This document shows, piece after piece, positions 26,749 through 32,000 of a DNA stretch of 32,000 nt; within the stretch, counting starts at the first letter, position 1; each line of letters begins with the position of its first letter. The stretch is taken from positions 114,569-146,568 of the forward strand of contig CALRXS010000005.1 of assembly GCA_943372195.1 (NCBI GenBank). Reading direction: 5' to 3'. A program made the position numbers and the translations under genes. This DNA is from Sphingobacterium thalpophilum. GTDB lineage: Bacteria; Bacteroidota; Bacteroidia; Sphingobacteriales; Sphingobacteriaceae. The notes beneath the pieces are model-generated. The model saw nothing but the letters and a program-made list of their open reading frames with translations. It was not told the origin of the DNA and did not search any database.

Positions 26749-28299
26749 ATGAAGAAATTACTGTTTTTGTTTTGCATCATCCTTACACAAAATACATATG
26801 CTCAAAACAATAAGCCTGTATTGAGTAATTTGAATTTAACATATAATGATAGTATGTTAATTGTTACATATGATGTTTTCGATGTAGAGGATGATACGCT
26901 AGAAGTTTTTATGACGATTAAGAATGTAAAATTGAAATCATTTATAAATGCTGATAAAACAAGTGGTGATATAGGTAAGGGTATTAAATCTGGCAACAAA
27001 AAAACTATTTACTGGAGATACGATACGGTAGCATTTAATAAAGTGATTGATGTAAGAGTTTATGCTGATGATCATAAAACTAAATCAATTCAAGATATAT
27101 TAGCATTGGTCGATACGAATAGAATGAAGCGCGATATGGATAGTCTAGAGGGCACTCGACACTTTTCTGCGGCACCTCAGCGATTAGCAAAAATAAAAGA
27201 TACTATTTCAACACGATTGATAAACTATGGATCTGAGATGAGAGAACAAGTTTTTCAGTATGGTGCATATGCGGCTAAAAATATAGAAGGTTCGAAAACA
27301 GGTAGGGGACAAGAGGATAAATATTTTATTATTGATGCACATTTTGATTGTGTATCGAACGGACCAGGGGCCGATGATAATTTATCGGCAGTCGTTGCAA
27401 TGCTTGAAGCAGCGAGGGTCTTGAACGGTGTAGAATTAAATAAGAGTATAAAATTTGTTGGTTTTGATTTAGAAGAACTTGGCTTGTTAGGTAGTAAAGA
27501 GTATGTCAAAAATTTCATGCCAAAAGACCAACAATTAAAGGGCGTGTATAATTTTGAGATGATCGGATATTATTCAACCAGAAATAATTCTCAAACCTTA
27601 CCAACGGGTTTCAATTTAATATTTCCTGAAGCATATAATCAAGTAGCACAAGATACCTTCAAAGGAAATTTCATTACCAATGTGGGTAATATTACTTCCT
27701 CCATTTTCGTAAATGAATTCAAGAGTGCAGCTGCAGCTTATGTGCCCAATTTAAAAGTTGTCTCTGTCAAAGTACCAGATAATGGAATGTTAGCACCAGA
27801 TCTAAGAAGGAGCGATCATGCACCCTTTTGGGATGCCGGATATAGTGCGATTATGTTAACTGATGGCGCAAATTTTAGAAATAAAAATTATCATACAGCA
27901 AAAGATGTTTCAGACTCCTTGAACTTTCAATTCATGTCAAACGTACTAAAAGCGACAATAGCAAGTGTTCTTAGTTTATCAGGTTTGTCTCATGCCGGAG
28001 TTGCGAGTGAAGAAATTGAGATTTTAAATGCAGTAGGGTTCAATCAGATTGAGCAGTTTAATGAAATACGTATTCAACCTAATCCTGCTTCAAATCAATG
28101 TTTTGTTGAATGGCCTAGTAATTTTGAGGCAAATACTATAAAAGTCTATGATTCAAAAGCCGAATTGGTTTATTCAAGTGAGATTAGCAATAAGAATTCA
28201 CATATTTTACTGACGGATGTCTACGCTAATGGTCATTATTTCGTAGAACTAATATCGTCAAAAGGGCAATTACGAAGCAGATTTGTGGTAAAACACTAA
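26749..28299 (+). CDS. M28-family aminopeptidase with N-terminal Ig-like domain and T9SS C-terminal sorting domain
   Basis: Signal peptide ...QNTYA|QN. M28 metal-ligand context (IIDAHFDCVSNGPGADDNLSAVVAMLEAAR, FVGFDLEELGLLGS, YNFEMIGY, SDHAPFW). The last ~75 aa (IRIQPNPASNQCFVEW...GHYFVELISSKGQLRSRFVVKH) look like a T9SS CTD. Confidence 0.85.
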   Translation: MKKLLFLFCIILTQNTYAQNNKPVLSNLNLTYNDSMLIVTYDVFDVEDDTLEVFMTIKNVKLKSFINADKTSGDIGKGIKSGNKKTIYWRYDTVAFNKVIDVRVYADDHKTKSIQDILALVDTNRMKRDMDSLEGTRHFSAAPQRLAKIKDTISTRLINYGSEMREQVFQYGAYAAKNIEGSKTGRGQEDKYFIIDAHFDCVSNGPGADDNLSAVVAMLEAARVLNGVELNKSIKFVGFDLEELGLLGSKEYVKNFMPKDQQLKGVYNFEMIGYYSTRNNSQTLPTGFNLIFPEAYNQVAQDTFKGNFITNVGNITSSIFVNEFKSAAAAYVPNLKVVSVKVPDNGMLAPDLRRSDHAPFWDAGYSAIMLTDGANFRNKNYHTAKDVSDSLNFQFMSNVLKATIASVLSLSGLSHAGVASEEIEILNAVGFNQIEQFNEIRIQPNPASNQCFVEWPSNFEANTIKVYDSKAELVYSSEISNKNSHILLTDVYANGHYFVELISSKGQLRSRFVVKH

Positions 28300-28369
28300 T
28301 TATAAGTGCTTGAATATGATAATGAATGCTAGAAGAACAGGCTTTTAAGGTATTTTTTTTCAAAAAAAA

Positions 28370-28400
28370 TTTGCAGAAAAAGGTTTTAATACTACTTTTG
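28370..28400 (+). promoter_or_regulatory. Bacteroidota-type promoter for tRNA-Glu (-33 TTTG / -7 TAnnTTTG)
   Basis: TTTG at 28370-28373, a 19-nt spacer, then TACTTTTG at 28393-28400, about 39 nt before the tRNA. A T8-C-A8 palindrome (28353-28369) lies directly upstream. Confidence 0.65.
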
Positions 28401-28438
28401 CAATCCCAAACGACGCCAAATTTTGGCAAAACGGAAAT

Positions 28439-28510
28439 GGCCCGTTCGTCTAGGGGTTAGGACAGGAGATTTTCATTCTTCAAACAGGGGTTCGATTCCC
28501 CTACGGGCTA
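28439..28510 (+). tRNA. tRNA-Glu (anticodon UUC)
   Basis: 72 nt. Acceptor GGCCCGT/ACGGGCT (G1-U72 wobble). Anticodon arm GGAGA-TTTTCAT-TCTTC with TTC in the anticodon position. T arm AGGGG-TTCGATT-CCCCT. CCA is not encoded. Confidence 0.92.
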
Positions 28511-28515
28511 CAAAA

Positions 28516-28542
28516 AGCTTCACAGAAATGTGAGGCTTTTTT
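28516..28542 (+). terminator. Rho-independent terminator after tRNA-Glu
   Basis: AGCTTCACA (28516-28524) pairs with TGTGAGGCT (28529-28537) around a GAAA loop. A T6 run follows (28537-28542). Confidence 0.8.
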
Positions 28543-28648
28543 ACTTTTAGGCTAATTTATATAATGCAGGGTTGTGCTGATAGCAAATAGATTTGTTACT
28601 TGTTGAGTGATTAATTTGAAAATAATAATTTAAATTAATTAGAATAAA

Positions 28649-29557
28649 TTATTTCATTAAGTATTTATTTAATTCAACATATTCAAAATCTGGAGAGTCC
28701 ATAAAAAATTGTCTTAGTTGCCAAACGTGACCTGAACCATAAATTAGTAATAATCTTTCTTCTTTGTTGAAGTCCGCTATATCATATACGTTGGCAAAAA
28801 CTCTCAAATTTCTTCTATACCAATTTGCAACAACATCAGCGCCTAAATAGTTATCTCCGGCACCTTCTAATAGAATATTAGTTAAATATGCTTGATGGTC
28901 TTTTCTTCTGTTTTTGGGGTTATTAAGTATTGTTAGATGTTCAGTGAGTGTTTGTACTGTTTTTAATGAGTCAGTCCATTCGTAAAAAGATTGATAATCA
29001 TAACGTGTACTTTTTTCAAATTGCCCCTTTGATTTTAAATATGCATCTCCATCATATTTATCCCAATTAAGCTCTACTCCAAACCATTTTGCAGAAGCAT
29101 CTGAACAATATATGTTTTTATGCCCCATCATTTTCGCTAGTTTGAATCCAATTTGATATACTTCATTTTTTTTATCGTCAATGCTAAATGATCCATTTAG
29201 ATATTTTTGATAACGATCATTTGTAATGCTATCACTTTTAATTCTATCCCATTCTACCAGTATCTTTGTAGGTTTATATAATGTAATTTGTTTAAGAAGT
29301 ATTTCCAATTCTTCTTGTCTTTTTTTTTCAAGTATATCGAATACATATTTAGGCTTATAACTATCCAACCCTGGATTGTCAAAATGAAATACTCCTATTA
29401 TCATGACTTTTGCCTTATGCTTTCCAATAAAAAGTTCGGGGTCAGATATTGAATGAGATTTTTTATTAAGTTTATTCCCCTTAATGATTGGTTCATGTTG
29501 AGCATAACATGATGTAAAGAGTGATATAGCTATAATACCTAAATATATATTTCTCAT
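28649..29557 (-). CDS. Exported (lipobox FTSC) protein, DUF5694-like / TraB-GumN-Tiki superfamily-like
   Basis: VMIIGVFHFDNPGLD...KRQEELEILLKQITLYKPTKILVEW...NEVYQIGFKLAK...WYRRNLRVFANV...LLIYGSGHVWQL fits my memory of that family's blocks. Not searched. Confidence 0.5.
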   Translation of the reverse strand: MRNIYLGIIAISLFTSCYAQHEPIIKGNKLNKKSHSISDPELFIGKHKAKVMIIGVFHFDNPGLDSYKPKYVFDILEKKRQEELEILLKQITLYKPTKILVEWDRIKSDSITNDRYQKYLNGSFSIDDKKNEVYQIGFKLAKMMGHKNIYCSDASAKWFGVELNWDKYDGDAYLKSKGQFEKSTRYDYQSFYEWTDSLKTVQTLTEHLTILNNPKNRRKDHQAYLTNILLEGAGDNYLGADVVANWYRRNLRVFANVYDIADFNKEERLLLIYGSGHVWQLRQFFMDSPDFEYVELNKYLMK

Positions 29558-29593
29558 TAGTGTTGTATTAAATTATCTTTTATGCAGTATTAA

Positions 29594-30457
29594 TTAATTT
29601 TTAATTATTTTTTTACTTAAAAACTCATTATTTATATTCATCAGTCTTAGCAAATACACTCCACTTTTTAATTCATCAATGTTTATTTTTTTTTCTTTAA
29701 TTTTTCCAGTTACGACTAATTCACCTATTGAATTATAAATAAAATATTCAAGTAAATTTATCTGATTCGTTTTAATATTTAATAAATCATTCACAGGATT
29801 AGGATATACTATTAATTCATCGGACCTTAATGTATTAATGTCAGTTGAAAATTTTTCTAAAATACCAATCCCCCAAGAGCCAGGTATAAACCGACTTGCT
29901 GATATCGGCCAATGGTTAAAAGCATTGAAAGTATTACTAACTAAGAAACTTATTCCGATTGTATCATTTCTACTTAAATCTATACCGACTGTTCTAAACG
30001 GAATTTTTATTTCTACTAAATCAGTTAATGGTAAACCTTGTAATATATTATTGGCCTGCCATGTTACTTTTGATGCAGCACAGCTAGCATAGTTACCATA
30101 AGCACCTTTGTATTCACAATCAGTTGTTGATACATGAAACCACCAATCGTCTGATAAAAAATCTAATGATCGATCAAAATTAATATCCAGTAACACTTCC
30201 GGAAAACGAACATTTGCCGATTCTAAATTGCCCTTATAACACAATAATAAATTTTCACCATCATGCTTGAAATATATTTTTACTTTTTTAGTACTTAAAA
30301 AGTTTATCTCCACAGAGTCTGAACCGCTCCATTCATCTACGCTCATTTGACCATCAACCCATATTGTATCAGCTAATGGAATTAATATTTGATCTTGAGC
30401 CTTAGCTCGAGTATTTATTTGTATACAGATCAAAATTATCAGTAATATTTTTTTCAT
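29594..30457 (-). CDS. Secreted protein with CBM9/DOMON-like N-domain and T9SS C-terminal sorting domain
   Basis: Signal peptide ...NTRAKA|QD. IWVDGQMSVDEWSGSDSVEI...IYFKHDGENLLLCY resembles CBM9-like modules. The CTD is LIVYPNPVNDLLNIKT...GVYLLRLMNINNEFLSKKIIKN. Confidence 0.65.
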   Translation of the reverse strand: MKKILLIILICIQINTRAKAQDQILIPLADTIWVDGQMSVDEWSGSDSVEINFLSTKKVKIYFKHDGENLLLCYKGNLESANVRFPEVLLDINFDRSLDFLSDDWWFHVSTTDCEYKGAYGNYASCAASKVTWQANNILQGLPLTDLVEIKIPFRTVGIDLSRNDTIGISFLVSNTFNAFNHWPISASRFIPGSWGIGILEKFSTDINTLRSDELIVYPNPVNDLLNIKTNQINLLEYFIYNSIGELVVTGKIKEKKINIDELKSGVYLLRLMNINNEFLSKKIIKN

Positions 30458-30460
30458 AAA

Positions 30461-32000
30461 TTATTTTTTTATAAAATGAATGATTTGGTTATTAATTTTT
30501 AAAATATACATGCCTTTATGTAATGATTCAATATTAATACTAGCATTCATAATTTCAGCTGCTAATATCCTTTTACCTTGCATATCATAGATCTCATATT
30601 TATGGTCATCTAATTTTTCTGTTTCTTGAATATGAATTTTATTTTCAGCAGGATTAGGGAATATTTTCAAAGGAGTTTTTGTTTCTCCTCTTGAATTGCT
30701 TAATCCTAGTCCTTTGGTAACAATTAGATACTGATTTGCACTTATATTGCTATATACTTCTATAATACCAGTTGGCCATTCAATTATTAAGCTATCAATA
30801 ATAGTAGCAGTAGCCGTGCCGAAATGCATATCCATCATGTTCTGTCCATTATGCCCCGATACTGATGTGATTTCACGCATTTGCCATATAGATTGCCCGT
30901 TGATACTTGTCTTTATTCTTGCTATGCTTCCAATAGCTGACCTGTTATTACCTGAAACATCCTTACAAACTATTACTAACCAATTATTCGAATTTCCTAA
31001 GTTTTTATAAAGTGAGTTATTTTGATTCTTATTATAACAATTCGCTACAGCTAAATCTAAGAATCCATCTTTATCTACATCGCCAAATGCACAACCATAT
31101 GACCAAGTAGAATCTGTCTTGAATGTATTTAATGTATCTAATGAAAAGGTACCATTGTTGTTGAGATATAATTTATTGACGGCTTTCGTAGGACTGAAAG
31201 ATTGAGTGATAAATAAATCTAAATCAGCATCGTTATCAACATCGGCCCAAGAGCTCCCAAAAGTATATTCAAAACTATCAGTTGGGAAATTTTGTTCAAT
31301 GAAATTTAAATTTCCATCGTTTTTAAATAGTTGATTCGCTGAGCCATCATTACCTAAGAATACATCTAAATCTCCATCGTTATCGTAGTCAGCCCAACTT
31401 GCAGTGATTGTATTTCTGCCTTGTTTTACTAATGCAGTACTCAGATTTCTACTGAAGGTGCCATCATTATTATTGATATATAGATTTTCATTTTCGTTAT
31501 TTTCATTGCAAACAAATAGGTCTAAGTCATGATCTGCATCTATGTCAACCCAGTGAATACTTCTAGAACTATTAGCATCACTTATTGCTGGACCTGTAAT
31601 GATTTTCGTAAAAGTTGAATCACCATTACCTCTGTATAAATTATTCTTGTAGTTACCAAATGAATTACTCAGGTATGCATCTAGTTTCCCATCTTTATCG
31701 TAATCTCCCCATGCTATACATTCTGAGTAAGTAATATCAGTTGCAATGGCACCAGTTCTAATTTTTTTGAATTGTAAATTTCCTTCGTTGATGTATAATG
31801 CATTTTTCTTCCCATACCAAGTCACTACCATTAAATCAAGATCGCCATCATTATCAATATCGGCCCAACTTGCTCCATCGTATTGACTTTTATCTCTCAA
31901 TAAAACAGAATTGGTATCTAATTTCTCGAAGACAAAGTTACCTTTATTGATATAAAGAAAATTTCTCTCTCCAACACTTAATCCATTCGAAATAAATAAA
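30461..32000 (-). CDS. FG-GAP/VCBS-repeat protein with ASPIC/UnbV-like domain and T9SS CTD (CRTAC1-like); 5' end outside window
   Basis: Repeated WADIDNDGDLDL / WGDYDKDGKLD / WVDIDADHDLDL / WADYDNDGDLDV / WADVDNDADLDL / FGDVDKDGFLDL calcium-binding FG-GAP motifs. UnbV-like block GSIARIKT...REITSVSGHNGQNMMDMHFG...IIEWPTG. CTD: LKIFPNPAENKIHIQ...GMYILKINNQIIHFIKK. The frame stays open from 31900 to 32000 (…FLYINKGNFVFEKLDTNSVL), so the gene continues upstream of the window. Confidence 0.8.
   Translation of the reverse strand, partial: LFISNGLSVGERNFLYINKGNFVFEKLDTNSVLLRDKSQYDGASWADIDNDGDLDLMVVTWYGKKNALYINEGNLQFKKIRTGAIATDITYSECIAWGDYDKDGKLDAYLSNSFGNYKNNLYRGNGDSTFTKIITGPAISDANSSRSIHWVDIDADHDLDLFVCNENNENENLYINNNDGTFSRNLSTALVKQGRNTITASWADYDNDGDLDVFLGNDGSANQLFKNDGNLNFIEQNFPTDSFEYTFGSSWADVDNDADLDLFITQSFSPTKAVNKLYLNNNGTFSLDTLNTFKTDSTWSYGCAFGDVDKDGFLDLAVANCYNKNQNNSLYKNLGNSNNWLVIVCKDVSGNNRSAIGSIARIKTSINGQSIWQMREITSVSGHNGQNMMDMHFGTATATIIDSLIIEWPTGIIEVYSNISANQYLIVTKGLGLSNSRGETKTPLKIFPNPAENKIHIQETEKLDDHKYEIYDMQGKRILAAEIMNASINIESLHKGMYILKINNQIIHFIKK

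Noticed and set aside
28353-28369. T8-C-A8 palindrome as a terminator for the M28 peptidase gene
   Set aside because: The stem is entirely A/T with no G/C clamp. It more plausibly acts as an AT-rich upstream element of the tRNA-Glu promoter, and it is noted under that feature instead.
28226-28429. 67-aa minus-strand ORF across the M28 peptidase 3' end and the tRNA promoter
   Set aside because: It overlaps a coding 3' end and a promoter/poly-A/T tract, its composition is low-complexity, and it is very likely spurious.
10692-31010. Remaining short antisense ORFs in the track (10692-10943, 12261-12455, 14100-14285, 14477-14704, 15773-16054, 19973-20245, 22325-22594, 22661-22843, 23291-23482, 24610-24855, 26802-26999, 27255-27518, 29838-30092, 30747-31010)
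   Set aside because: Each is nested antisense within a longer, better-supported gene. AT-rich genomes generate such shadow ORFs readily.
1-32000. Search for CRISPR arrays, IS elements, integrases, prophage genes and rRNA
   Set aside because: No regularly spaced direct repeats, and no transposase-, recombinase- or phage-like ORFs, were seen. The only RNA gene found is tRNA-Glu.

Overview
This is an AT-rich chromosomal window with Bacteroidota hallmarks. Three products carry T9SS C-terminal sorting domains, a DUF3467 gene follows rpoC, the tRNA has a TTTG-N19-TAnnTTTG promoter, and there are no Shine-Dalgarno sequences. Most of the window is housekeeping: the rpoC 3' part, CCA-adding enzyme, miaA, dapD, pgk, gap, tRNA-Glu, an MFS transporter and a GT4 glycosyltransferase. 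I saw no transposase, integrase, CRISPR array or rRNA. Three parts are non-routine. (1) 19380-24298 is a tightly coupled five-gene operon. It encodes a 608-aa membrane protein with FliF-like topology and a FliG-like cytoplasmic domain, a signal-peptide protein with a beta-barrel-like C-terminus, a TPR lipoprotein, a MotA/PomA-type stator subunit and a MotB-type OmpA-domain subunit. No other flagellar gene is in the window. A NarL/LuxR-type two-component system with a separately encoded 7-TM module lies immediately upstream (16891-19281). I consider this a candidate undescribed rotor-plus-stator envelope machine. (2) 3690-9631 is a heavy-metal-type RND efflux operon in which the CzcA-like pump is fused in frame to a TolC/CzcC-like outer-membrane factor through a signal-peptide-like segment. 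(3) There are several odd intergenic elements: a CTAG-rich 45-nt palindrome, a heptamer array, and a 13-bp long-range inverted repeat between gap and pgk. All family calls come from by-eye motif recognition. No searches were run.
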